Of a DNA stretch of 64,000 nt, positions 21,714 through 32,289 are shown piece after piece. The notes beneath the pieces were generated by a model that was not told where the DNA came from, ran no database searches, and saw only the letters and a list, made by a program, of their open reading frames with translations. Each line of letters begins with the position of its first letter. The first letter of the stretch is position 1. This DNA is from Terriglobia bacterium (GTDB taxonomy: Bacteria > Acidobacteriota > Terriglobia > 20CM-2-55-15). The stretch spans positions 480,001 through 544,000 of the forward strand of contig CBDAOY010000005.1 in assembly GCA_965198225.1 (NCBI GenBank). Reading direction: 5' to 3'. A program made the translations under genes and the position numbers.

Positions 21714-23866
21714 GTAGAGTCGAAAGTGGTCGGGCTGGTCTGCCCTTCCACCGTCCGCTCAATCAAACGGCTCGTGCGGTTTTCCCGCAAGCCGCTTTCC
21801 TCAGTTGCTCCTCGCACGGAGTCACCGGTCCACGAGACCGGGAATCAGATGCGTCAGTCGGACCAGACCGAACTCTCGAATAAGTCGTCGCGTCGGATAA
21901 CGGCGCCACATCGTATTTCTCCACCGTTTCGCGAGAAACGAGTAGATACGGCGCTCAATCCAACGGTCCAGCTCGTTGAAGAGTCGGCGCACCCTCGCTT
22001 TGCGGTAATAGTTCCCCCAGCCCCGAATCACCGGGTTGAGCTGGTCGATGACTTCGCCCAGCTTCAGGGGAGCCTTACGGCGCGAGAGGTGTCGGATTTG
22101 CGTCCGGAACCTCTCGACCGACTTTTCCCGTGGAATGGCATACAGGTTATGGGGGTGCATTCCGCGACCACGCCTCTGTGTATCGGACAGACGCAGTCCT
22201 TTCCCTTGTTTCACCTTGTACCCCAAGAACTCAAAGCCTTGTCGAACGTGTACAATCCGCGTCTTCTTCGGATGAAGTCGAACTCCAAGTTCCTCCCAGA
22301 GAAACCGCTCTGCAAATGCGAGCGCCTGCCGGGCTTGGGCCGGTGTCCTACAAACCACCACAAAGTCGTCCGCCCAGCGTGTGAGTCTGTGACCTTGCCG
22401 GGTCATCGCACGGTCAAACGGCGTCAGAAAGATGTTCGACCACAACGGACTGGCCACTCCCCCTTGGGGAACTCCCGTCCGCGTGGGTTGCCAGCAACCT
22501 CCTTCCAATACCCCCGAACCCAGGATTGCCCGGATCAGCCCCAGAACTCGGCCGTCGCTGATCTCTTCGGCGATCAAGTCGAGAAGCTTCTCCTGGTCGA
22601 TCGTGTCAAAGAACTGCCGTAGGTCAGCATCAACCACCCAGAGGTCTCCGGCGCCTAGCTCTGCCCAGACTTTCCGCATCGCATCATGGGGTGAACGCCC
22701 CTTGCGATACCCGAATGAGCAGTCCAGAAACAACGGCTCGAAGATTGGTTCCATCCGCTGGACCAGCGCCTGCTGACAGACCCGATCCATTACGGCCGGT
22801 ATCCCCAGCTTTCGCATTCCTCCGTCGGACTTCCCGATCTCGACTCGCTTTACCGGCTTGGGTCGATAGGTGTCATCCCGCAGCTTTTGATGCAACAAGG
22901 CCAGATACTCCTCCTTGCGCCTTTCAAACTGCTCAATGGTCACTTCGTCGATGCCCGCGCTACCTCGGTTCCGTTTCACTTTCTCCCAGGCCAACTCCAG
23001 ATTCTTGCGACTAAACACCTTGTCGATCAGCGAGTGGACCTTTCGCTTCCTTCCCTGTCTGCTTTCCAATGTCGCTGTGTGGCGGCGGGCGGCGGCTTCA
23101 TCCGTACCGCGTTTGGGTCTTTCACTAAAGGAACTATCCAAGTTCACGATATCTCCGCGTTTCCCATCGCTCGCACATTCACAACTGAGTACGGGGACTT
23201 CCCCCTCCAGCGGGCCTTTTGAACCCACCAGCGCCGCTGCTCGAAGCAACGATCCGAAACCTTATGTTTGCCGTCTCGTTCCTGAGTACTATTCCCCGAT
23301 CCGATTCCTGGCACCGCGTCGGCCGGAATTTCGCTCTCGCTTATATCCGCACCTACCTTGCGGGGCTCTAGGTCGATGTTTGTCTTCTCGGTTGCCCGCC
23401 CTTTCGTCTGCGGGTGCCACATCATCTCGACCTTACCTTCCGCCCGGACGATACCAGGCCTCCCTGGGTCACTCGCGTCTCTTCCCCACCGTGTCGCCCG
23501 CACACACCTTGGTGCGATGGGGTGGAACCAATGCGCCTTCGCCCCCATAGTGCGGGCTCGACCATTCCCCATCTTTGGCCGACCGGTTCATCCTCGGGAT
23601 CGCTCCCGTCGATTACGACCCGGTGGTTCTCCTCATACCCTTCAGACCCCACCTCGCGGTGGGCGCCCTGCCCTCCAAAGTTTCCGTAGGTGGCTCCAGC
23701 TCTGCCTTGTCCGTGTCCGGCTTTCGCCTTCGTGCCCGTTTAGGCATTTGCCATACCTGCCTACACTCCGGCCAGTGAGGCATTACCCCCACTTGTTGGA
23801 TATCGACCCGTGGCCTCGGGCCGAGCGGGACTTTAACCCGCCGGAAACGCGTGCTGCCAGGCACGC
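21714..23866 (-). mobile_element. RT-encoding group II intron (inner)
   Basis: Probable 5' end GCGTG at 23866; D5 AAGCGGCTTGCGGGAAAACCGCACGAGCCGTTT; 3' end TTCGACTCTAC at 21714. Confidence 0.8.
21822..23147 (-). CDS. ltrA: Group II intron reverse transcriptase/maturase, no endonuclease domain
   Basis: [45 protein letters not shown] and domain X RGWGNYY; GTG start with GGAG RBS. Confidence 0.93.
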   Translation of the reverse strand: MNLDSSFSERPKRGTDEAAARRHTATLESRQGRKRKVHSLIDKVFSRKNLELAWEKVKRNRGSAGIDEVTIEQFERRKEEYLALLHQKLRDDTYRPKPVKRVEIGKSDGGMRKLGIPAVMDRVCQQALVQRMEPIFEPLFLDCSFGYRKGRSPHDAMRKVWAELGAGDLWVVDADLRQFFDTIDQEKLLDLIAEEISDGRVLGLIRAILGSGVLEGGCWQPTRTGVPQGGVASPLWSNIFLTPFDRAMTRQGHRLTRWADDFVVVCRTPAQARQALAFAERFLWEELGVRLHPKKTRIVHVRQGFEFLGYKVKQGKGLRLSDTQRRGRGMHPHNLYAIPREKSVERFRTQIRHLSRRKAPLKLGEVIDQLNPVIRGWGNYYRKARVRRLFNELDRWIERRIYSFLAKRWRNTMWRRYPTRRLIREFGLVRLTHLIPGLVDR

Positions 23867-24324
23867 ATTACGGGTTCGTCCGCCCCCGCGCTGCGCTTCG
23901 GTACTCAGACCTTGAGAGGGCTTCTCTTGGCCGTCTCCCTTGACATCGCAGTCGCAGGTTCCTGCAGTTCCGCACAAGAGCCCGGACCGAACTCGCGCCA
24001 TCTCTATGCCGGACACCGCCCACCCAGTAAACAGGTTTCCGATGGGCTCATCCCGGGGCAACATCACCTCCCCGGTTCTGATGTCGTCTAAGGCACTTTC
24101 GACACTTGAATGATGGTTCACTGGTGTTCGCCTTCTCGATCCATACCTGACGCGTTTATCACGCCTTTTCCCTGACGCTCACGACGACGGATCGCCGCTC
24201 AGGGCGGTTTGAGATCAGCCCCTGCAGGCCGACCCCGGAGGGCCATAATCCTCCATCTCTCGCGCAGCTTCTCACGCCCGGGTTAACTCATTCTGAGCCT
24301 CCCTTTTGCGCTGCTGCAGCACAC
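23867..24324 (-). ncRNA. 5' half (D1-D2) of a group II intron interrupted by the inner intron
   Basis: Begins GTGTG at 24324; contains GGAAC..GGAACC and ends GAGTACCGAAGCGCAGCGCGGGGGCGGACGAACCCGTAAT at the start of D3. Confidence 0.7.
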
Positions 24325-24614
24325 TGATATCGGCTGCCCACTTCGATTGCTCAGGCCGCGGTCTGCCTGAATGCCGTGCTTCACGTCTCTCCGAATTGGC
24401 CGGTTTTCAAGTGCCACTGAGGAGATTTCCCCCCTGTACCAGAAAGCCTCTCCTAGGGGTTTGAGCCGCAACGGTGTGAAAAATTACTCTAAGGGTCCGT
24501 GTGTGACCATCCTGGAGTAACTCCCGGCACCGCTTCCGCTGCTATAAAGCACCCGTTCTTCGGGACTTGGACCTCGGAAACGACTGCCACAGTCATGGCC
24601 AAAAGGTATAGATT

Positions 24615-24920
24615 ATGGCCATGCCGAAATCGACCCCGAGAAGGCCCGGAAAACCTCGCCAAAATAGAGACTCGCGCGATGGGGTTTTTGGCCACCCCGA
24701 AAGCCAGGTCGGCCCGCTCCCTCGCGTCGGCCTCTACGCCCGCGTCGCGACACCCCATCAGCACACGACCGGGATGCAGCTGCGGCAGCTGCGAGAGTTC
24801 CTGGAACGCCGTCGCTGGCAGGAGGTCCTTGTTGTCGAAGAGGGCGTCTCCGGATCCAGGCGCCGCCCGGAGAGAGACCGTCTACTCGACGCTGCGCGGC
24901 GGCGCGAGATAGACATCATC
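24615..24920 (+). pseudogene. Truncated serine recombinase (resolvase)
   Basis: VGLYARVAT...EEGVSGSRRRPERDRLLDAARRREIDII; the YARVS serine is changed and the C-terminus is missing. Confidence 0.75.
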
Positions 24921-25060
24921 CCGAGCGGAACTTACCGATTTCGGGACCAGCGGGCTCGCTTAGAGTAATTTTTCACACCGTTGCGGCTCAAACCCCTCCT
25001 AGGAGCCTGCGCCGTAGGAAGTGAATGAGCTAATTGTGTCGCAGTTAGGAGGAGAATGCG

Positions 25061-26383
25061 ATGCCGACGACGTTTCGCCCGTACCAGCCGGATCAGGGGT
25101 TGCTGCTGGCGCCGGATTTACGGGATTGGTTGCCGGAGGGGCACTTGGCACACCATGTGAGCGATCTGGTGGACGGATTGGACTTGACAGCGTTTTACGC
25201 GCGTTACGAGGGGGACGGTCGTCGCAAGTCGCCGTATGAGCCGCGGATGATGGCGAAGGTGCTGATCTACGGGTACGCGACGGGGGTGTTTTCGTCCCGA
25301 GGGCTGGCGCGGAAGCTGGAGGAGGACGTGGCATTTCGGGTGTTGGCGGCGGGGAATTTTCCGAGCCATCGGACGATTTGCGAGTTTCGTCGCCGTCATT
25401 TGTCGGATTTCAAGGCGCTGTTTGTGGAGGTGATCGGTCTGGCGCGCGAGACCGGGGTTGGGAACTTCGGCAAGTTGTCGATCGACGGGACGAAGGTTCG
25501 AGCCAACGCCAGCAAGCGCAAGGCGATGAGTTACGGTCGGATGCAGGAGGAGGAGCGGCGTCTGGAGGGCGAGATCGAAGCGTTGCTGTCGCGCGCGCGG
25601 GAGACCGACGCGGCGGAGGATGCGCGCTTTGGAGAGGCGTTTCGGGGCGACGAGTTGCCCGAGGAGTTGCGCCGGCGGGAGGACCGACTGGCGGCGATCC
25701 GGGCGGCGAAGGCGCGCCTTAAGGCGCGGCAGCGGGAGGCCGACCAGGCGAGGGGACGCGAGCCCGGTTCGAAGCGCAACCGGAAGGGCGGGCGGCCCTA
25801 CAAGCGGGAGTACGGCGAGCCGGACGAGAAGGCGCAGGACAACTTCACGGATCCGGAAAGCCGGATCATGAAGACCGCGTCGGAGGGATTTCAGCAGTGC
25901 TACAACGCGCAGGTGGCGGTGGAGGGAGAGAACCAGTTGATCGTCGCCACCGAGGTGTCGTCGAGCGCCAGCGACCAGGGTCGGCTGGTCCCGTTGGTGG
26001 ACGAGGTGGAGGCCACCCATGGGGAACGGTCGGAGACGGTGCTGGCGGATGCGGGCTACTGCAACGAGGACGACCTTGAGGCGCTGGAGGCGCGCGGCGT
26101 GGACGCCTACGTGGCCTTGGGCCGGGAGGGCCGGCGCGCGGTTGCGGTGGACGCGGCCAAGCATCCGGCGAAGGCCCGCATGGCCGAGAAGCTGGCGACC
26201 GCGCCGGGACGGGCGCAGTACGCCCGACGCAAATGGCTGTCGGAGGCGCCCAACGGGTGGATCAAGGAAGTGCTCGGCTTCCGCCGATTCAGCCTGCGCG
26301 GCCTGAACAAGGTCCAGGGCGAGTGGGACTTGGTGTGTCTGGCATTGAACGTCAAGCGGTTGCAGGGGCTTCAAGCAGCCTGA
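25061..26383 (+). CDS. IS1182 family transposase
   Basis: LIYGYATGVFSSR, IDGTKVRANAS, TDPESRIM and ADAGY. Confidence 0.93.
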   Translation: MPTTFRPYQPDQGLLLAPDLRDWLPEGHLAHHVSDLVDGLDLTAFYARYEGDGRRKSPYEPRMMAKVLIYGYATGVFSSRGLARKLEEDVAFRVLAAGNFPSHRTICEFRRRHLSDFKALFVEVIGLARETGVGNFGKLSIDGTKVRANASKRKAMSYGRMQEEERRLEGEIEALLSRARETDAAEDARFGEAFRGDELPEELRRREDRLAAIRAAKARLKARQREADQARGREPGSKRNRKGGRPYKREYGEPDEKAQDNFTDPESRIMKTASEGFQQCYNAQVAVEGENQLIVATEVSSSASDQGRLVPLVDEVEATHGERSETVLADAGYCNEDDLEALEARGVDAYVALGREGRRAVAVDAAKHPAKARMAEKLATAPGRAQYARRKWLSEAPNGWIKEVLGFRRFSLRGLNKVQGEWDLVCLALNVKRLQGLQAA

Positions 26384-27171
26384 TGACAGGCATACCGCCC
26401 GCAAATCAGGCCGAACGACGGCCGATTCAAGCACCCGTGGCGCCCGGAGCGGCGCCTCGTCGTCCAAAACGCCCAATCCCCGGTCACGAGGTTCCGTCAA
26501 TAAGTGTGTAAATAGACATCAGGCGGCTTTCTCCTCGGTGACTTGGTTGACTGGAACTCCATTGACATATTGGGCGCCTTGGTAGACATCCTTCATCAAG
26601 TGCGGAGCCTTCAAACGGCGAAATCGTTTCTCAGCGACCAGCAGCATCTTCCAGATGACAGCCCGTGCGTTGGCCACTTTCTTGAACCTTCGAGAGGCAT
26701 CGGTTCGCAGTCGCAGAGCAGAGAAGGGAGACTCCACTGGATTGGTAGTCCGCAGATGTTGCCACTGCTGTTTGGGATAGTTGTAAAACGTCACCATCCG
26801 ATCCCAGTCCTGGTCGATCAGATCAGCCGCAGCCTCCAGTCCTCTCTTGCCACACCAATGTTGGAATCGTCCTTTGACTTGCTCGGCTTCCTGCCGTGTT
26901 TCTGCATAAGGGATCTGCCGCAACATCAACAACGCCGCTTTGTGCCGACCCTTGGGGATCTTAGCCAGCAAGTTGACGATGCGATGATTCCAGCATCTCT
27001 GCTCGTCGGCTTCTGGGAAAACGTTGCGCAACGCTCCCCAGATCCCCAGATGCCCGTCAGCCATCACCAGTCTCGGTGGGTTCATCCCCCGCTCTTTGAG
27101 ATCCCTCAGCACTTCGGACCAGCTCTGGGTCGATTCTCGATAACCACTACTGACCGACACCACCACTTTAG

Positions 27172-28553
27172 TGAGGTGCTCCCCAAAATTCGGACAGGTT
27201 GCTAAGGTGTAAGATCGCTGCCTCAGGAGAGGCAGATGAAGAAGCGAGGACGGAAGCAGTACAGCGCGGCATTGAAGGCAAAGATCGCCGTGGAAGCGGT
27301 CAAGGGACAGCGCACGATCCAGGAGCTCGCGTCCCACTACGAAGTTCACCCGAACATGGTGACGAAGTGGAAAAAGCAAGTGCTCGACGGCCTATCGGAG
27401 ATCTTCTCCAATGGTCGATCCCCGGCCAGTGAAGTCGATGAGCAAGTACAGGCCGAACTTTACCAACAGATCGGAAAATTACAGATCGAGGTGGAGTGGC
27501 TCAAAAAAAAGTCGGGACTTTCCCGTTAGAGCAACGACGGCCATGGATCGAATCAAATCACGACGAGCTGAGCATCGTCGAGCAGTGTCGGTTGACCGGA
27601 GTGTCCCGATCCGGACTCTACTACACACCGGTGGGCGAGAGCGCCGAGAACATCGCGTTGATGCGTCTGTTGGACGAGCAGTATACGCGGACCCCGTTCT
27701 ACGGGATTCGGCGTATGACCTGGTGGTTGGAGACGCAAGGTCGGCAGGTCAATGCGAAGCGGGTTCGGCGACTGCTACGGCTCATGGGACTGGAAGCGAT
27801 CTATCCCAAACCGCGGTTGTCGATGCCAGCCCCGGGACACCGGATTTACCCATACCAGTTGCGCAATCTGGAGATTGTGCGTCCCGATCAGGTGTGGGCC
27901 ACCGATATCACGTATATCCGACTCCGGCAGGGATTCATCTATCTGGTGGCGATCATGGACTGGTTCAGCCGGTACGTGCTGGCTTGGGAAGTGTCCACGT
28001 CGATGGACAGTGGATTTTGCGTGTCGGCACTGGACTGGGCGCTGAGGCAAGCGCAACCGGAGATTTTCAACACGGATCAGGGGGCTCAGTTCACCAGCGA
28101 TGTCTTCACGCGCCGACTGGAAGACCAGGGCATCACGATCAGCATGGACGGCCGGGGCCGGTTCCTGGACAACATCTTCGTCGAGCGCTTATGGCGCACC
28201 GTGAAGTACGAGGAAGTGTACCTGAAGGACTACTTGAGCGTTTCCGAGGCGATCTCGAACCTGAACCTATATTTCAGGTTTTACAATCAGGAACGCGGCC
28301 ATCAAGTATTCGACTATCAGACGCCCGAGACCGTTTACTTTCAGCGCGCGCCAGGGGCCTGTGGAAACTGACTCCGCAGTGGAAATCCGCACACAACTCG
28401 GATTCCCACAGCTGCTTGAAAACAGCCTCGAAGACTCGGCTTTTTCACAGTTCCCACAGGCTCGGGCGACGGGCTAAATATCAACCCATTTCAGTGGCAG
28501 CGATCCACCTTAAGACCCGGGGGTTGCTGTCCGAAGAATGGGGAGCCCACTCA
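27172..28553 (+). mobile_element. IS3-family element, apparently intact
   Basis: TG...CA ends with imperfect IRs (TGAGGTGCTCCCC..TTCGGACAG / CTGTCCGAA..GGGGAGCCCACTCA); 3-bp TSD TAG. Confidence 0.92.
27236..28371 (+). CDS. IS3 transposase OrfA (27236..27529) and OrfB joined by -1 frameshift
   Basis: HTH OrfA; A8G slippery run at 27503-27511; rve DDE motifs WATDITY, NTDQGAQF and DNIFVER. Confidence 0.92.
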
Positions 28554-29555
28554 TAGTGCCATCACTTAAAGCGGCGATCACTACCAGGATCACGGCCTTT
28601 TCCTTCTCCAGCCCTGCTTTGATGTACACACCGTCTGCCCACAGATACACCACTTCCAGATCGTCCAGCCGACGGCTTTGCCAGGCCTCCATTTCTCCCT
28701 GCCACTTCTCCTTCAACCGGGCTACGGTGCTGGGGGACAGCGGCGCTTCTTCCCCTAAAAGCCCTCTTAAGGCCAGATCGAAATCCCCCTCGGCCAGACC
28801 ATGCAAATAGAGTTCTGGAATCAAGTCTCGTACCTCTTGCGTCCGCTTGGCAAACAGCGGCAAGACCCGGCTCTCAAAACGCTCTTCCAGATCCCGCACT
28901 CGGGGACGCCGCAGCTTGATCGTTCCGCAACTCAGCGTCAGTCGCCGCTCCTTACCGTAGCCGTTGCGATAGCCACCGGGTGCGTCCACTTCTCGGCGAC
29001 GCTCATTCTTTCTTCGTCCCAGCAGCTGTGTCACTTCATCCTCCAACAGTTCCTGTACGTAAAACTGGATCTGCTCTCGCACCCACTCTTCCAGCTGTTC
29101 AAAGCAGACTCTTGACTCCACACTTCGATCAATGTTCTTCTTGCTCATGGCGGTGTGACTCCTTCCTTTCGGGCTCTTCCGCCCGGGTTTTTATTTCACC
29201 CGGAAGGATAATCACCGCCTATGCTATTTACACACCTTTTGAGGGTAGCTCCCCGGTCACCGATGCCGATTGATCGCCATCTCGCGTAATTCGCCGAGTC
29301 GAAAATCCTCCTACGGCGCAGACTCCTAGCCCCTTTATTTCACCGATTCGAAAATCAAGGCACCCTTCATTGGACATTTTTCCCAAGAATTAGCTTCAAG
29401 CGAATGGTTTGACACACCGATGATCCGTCCCAGCTCCTCCACCGATCCGGCGGCCTCGGAGCGACGCGTCGTCGGCAAGGCCGAGTTCCTGGAGCCACGC
29501 GATTGTCTTCACACCAGCTCAATCCTACCTTTCAATCCTTTGGGGAATCGCAACG

Positions 29556-30779
29556 CTACAGATCGGCGAAGGGAAGCGCAGTCACACCGGGACCGAGGGG
29601 CAGACGTATGTCACCGGGATGTACCACGTATCCGGGTAACGCCGCACTTCCCATGTCCCCTTGGAATGTCTTGATGGCTCTGGCCATGGGCGGTCGCGGT
29701 GTAGCGGACAGCTTCACCTCGATGGGGACAAGCCCTCCGGCGGTTTCGACCACGAAATCCACTTCCGTTCCCACCATGGTGCGCCAAAAGTAGACCTGGG
29801 GGTCCATCCCACGATGCGTCAACGTTCTGATGATTTCTGACAGCACCGCCGTTTCCATGATGGAGCCGCGCATGGGGCCTGAGGCGGCATGGGTGGGGTC
29901 CTTGAGACCCGCCAAGTAGCAAAGCGTGCCAACGTCGGTGAAATACACTTTCGGAGTCTTCACAAGCCGTTTCCCGACGTTGGCAAAGTAAGGGCGCAGC
30001 ACGATCACCTGGTAGGTGGCTTCGAGCACGGAGAGCCATGCCTTGATGGTGTTGACCGCAACCCCGAGGTCTCGGGCGACGTCGGTCAGACTCAAAAGCT
30101 GCGCACTTCGGGACGCCAGGACGCGGAGGAAATTCTGATACTGAGTCAGGTCCCCGACCTGACGGAGTGTGCGCACGTCCCGTTCGAGATAGGTCTGAAT
30201 ATAGCTGGCATGCCAAAGGAAGGCATCCCGGTCAGGTTGTATCGCGAGTTCCGGGTACCCGCCTCGAAGAAAGCCTTTCCATAGGTCGCTAAACATGTGC
30301 GGCGTTCTCGAAGGCGATGGGCGCTTGCGTTCCCACGCAAGGGAAACCGCCGGTCGTCCTTCCGCTTCCCGCCTGGACAGCGGCAACAGGTGGAGTATGG
30401 CCGCGCGGCCCGCCAACGACTCGGTCACCTTCTCAGCGAGCAACAAATTCTGTGAGCCGGTCAACAGGTATTGGCCGGTCTTGGCACGGTCCGCGTCGAT
30501 CTTTTCCTTGATGTAGGGAAGCAGGTCGGGGGCGTACTGCAGCTCATCGAAGATCGCTGGCGGCGGGTATAGTGCCAGCAAACCGCGTGGGTCTTCCGCG
30601 GCGGCCGCGCGAACATCCGGCGGTTCCAAAGATAGATAACGACAACGCCTTCCGAAGAGATGTTGCAGCAGAGTCGTCTTGCCGGACTGGCGCGGCCCGG
30701 TCAGGACCACAGCAGGAAACTCGGATGCCGCCTTCTTGAGGACCGGTTCCAGCGAGCGTTGGATGTACGGCAAATTCAT
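29556..30779 (-). CDS. AAA+ ATPase with DUF4143 C-terminal domain
   Basis: GPRQSGKT, DELQY, LTGSQ, GGYPE, KTPKVYFTDVG and EVDF...PIEVK. Confidence 0.9.
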   Translation of the reverse strand: MNLPYIQRSLEPVLKKAASEFPAVVLTGPRQSGKTTLLQHLFGRRCRYLSLEPPDVRAAAAEDPRGLLALYPPPAIFDELQYAPDLLPYIKEKIDADRAKTGQYLLTGSQNLLLAEKVTESLAGRAAILHLLPLSRREAEGRPAVSLAWERKRPSPSRTPHMFSDLWKGFLRGGYPELAIQPDRDAFLWHASYIQTYLERDVRTLRQVGDLTQYQNFLRVLASRSAQLLSLTDVARDLGVAVNTIKAWLSVLEATYQVIVLRPYFANVGKRLVKTPKVYFTDVGTLCYLAGLKDPTHAASGPMRGSIMETAVLSEIIRTLTHRGMDPQVYFWRTMVGTEVDFVVETAGGLVPIEVKLSATPRPPMARAIKTFQGDMGSAALPGYVVHPGDIRLPLGPGVTALPFADL

Positions 30780-31049
30780 GGATTGATATTATGCATTTAG
30801 AATGCACAATATCAAGAACGGCCTCCCCTCTTCACTCGTGGCTGGCTCTGATCCTTACGCCGACTGAGCTTCTCTCTGTAGGAGGTAGGCGACGGTTTTC
30901 AACGCGGCGTCCAAGAAAGGGTCAAATAGAGTCTATTTCGGACTGTTAAAGACTACAGTATCCAGCACATTGTGTAGTCCATTAACGTCGAGCAAGACGT
31001 TCGTTATTCTAGACACCTGGCCATGATCTTTCCGTCTCGAAGCCAATTG

Positions 31050-31160
31050 GCAAGGCAGCACCGCACGCTTCCGGGCCTCGGGTGAATATCTGGCTGGTCT
31101 TCCCGTGGTGACTCCCATCGTCTCAAGTAATGGAGTCTCCGGAAAACCCGGGGCGGTTCA
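31050..31160 (-). mobile_element. Truncated IS3-family left end with OrfA start
   Basis: TGAACCGCCCCGGGTTTTCCGGAGAC terminus followed by GRPARYSPEARKRAV. Confidence 0.7.
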
Positions 31161-31736
31161 ACTTGATTGACGAGCTTTACGAGGTTTACCGTGACGGCCA
31201 CACGGCACCGCTGGCAGCCTTTCGGCAATATTTCGTGACCCGGGAAGATAGCCAGCCAAAGGTCATGCGCGCGCATGGAATCATGCGCAACCTTTAAAGG
31301 AAGGAGTAGCTGTTGTTCGGCGTGGATGTTCGACACCTATGGGCATGTGCAGTGGCATCGGAGAGCAACGCCTCGGAGTACTTGGCCCACAACGCCGATC
31401 AGGCCGTCGACCTGGACACTGGCACAGGCGTCGCCATCGCCCCACAGGCGGTGGTTGTGGGGTGACCCGCGCCGCTCAGCGCGGGACAAACCCAACGATA
31501 AAGATACTTATCGGTGAGTGTATAGCTCCATCGTCCCACAGCCGGACCTGCTCGGGCCCGCTTGGGGGCTCGACTCGTTTTTGAGAAAATGGGCGCGGTG
31601 GCGCAGGCCTGGAGCCTGTGCGAGAAGCGGTCGTTTCCCCAACCGGTCCGCTCGTCACTGGGAAGATGGAAAATCGAATCCGCTATCAGCTATGGCGAAT
31701 GATATGTGGCACCCCGTCAACCCTAACTCAGCGTCC

Positions 31737-31926
31737 TAGTGTAGGCCGTCACAATTGACGTAACGCAATGCGCTTTCCAGATCCGGGTTTATATGAGGAA
31801 AGCACCGACCATTAAGTCGGATATCCCTGTTAGAAAGGAACTGGAGCGGCTACGCAGCAGCAGTGTGTCGGTCCGGTTGGCAGAACTATTCCGATAAGTT
31901 ACAGTCTGTTTGACGGGGGACCACTA
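31737..31926 (+). mobile_element. Internally deleted IS630-like element (MITE-like)
   Basis: Imperfect IRs TAGTGTAGGCCGTCA / TGACGGGGACCACTA, both in CTAG context; residual ORF MRKAPTIK...ELERLRSSSVSVRLAE. Confidence 0.55.
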
Positions 31927-31956
31927 GAGTACCCGGAATATCGTCTTCCGGGGTCG

Positions 31957-32095
31957 CTACTGCTTCTTGATCACAACCAGCGTGACGTCATCGGACGGCG
32001 GTGCGAATTCTTCGAGATCAGTCCGCACGGCCTCGAAGATCTCTTGAGCACTGCCGCGCTTCGATTTCCGTACGGCTTGTTCCAGGCGTCTAGGT
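31957..32095 (-). pseudogene. C-terminal fragment of a PP2C/SpoIIE phosphatase
   Basis: RLEQAV...SAQEIFEAVRTDLEEF..PSDDVTLVVIK. Confidence 0.7.
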
Positions 32096-32289
32096 GCGTA
32101 GGCTAGCGTGGGAGGAAATCCGGTCCGATGACCCGGTTTCGAAGGTGTCGACCCGGACCCCGCCGATGGCGATCCGGTCCCCAATGGGTTTTCAAGTAGG
32201 TTGGCGGTGCGAAACAGTATTGCACTATTGATTTGATTGGCGACACTTTTATGCAATGCTGCGCGATTATGCGCCCGGATCGGTCCGAT

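Larger units (their letters stand above)
26519..29148 (-). pseudogene. IS256 transposase split by an IS3 insertion
   Basis: N-part YRNGY...YLWADG...ALSDGT joins C-part KVVVSV...DGHLG...TTNPVES when IS3 and one TAG are removed. Confidence 0.9.
26488..29251 (-). mobile_element. IS256-family element disrupted by IS3
   Basis: 28-bp imperfect IRs (GAG...GTGTGTAAATAG); 9-bp TSD CCCGGTCAC at 26479-26487 and 29252-29260. Confidence 0.9.
24999..29329 (+). mobile_element. IS1182-family element whose 3' non-coding part is interrupted by IS256
   Basis: Inverted ends CTAGGAGCCTGCGCCGTAGGA (24999) and TCCTACGGCGCAGACTCCTAG (to 29329). Confidence 0.85.

Noticed and set aside
21305-21817. 171-aa N-terminal extension of the kinase in the ORF track
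   Set aside because: It is read-through across group II intron RNA domains; the typical kinase start is MVGQTVSHY at 21304
21822-23147. RT as retron, DGR or CRISPR-associated RT
   Set aside because: Domain X and flanking D1-D6 ribozyme structure identify a group II intron; no TR/VR pair or msr-msd seen
32230-32260. Possible sigma-54 promoter (TGGC...TGC)
   Set aside because: GG-to-GC spacing does not fit the -24/-12 consensus
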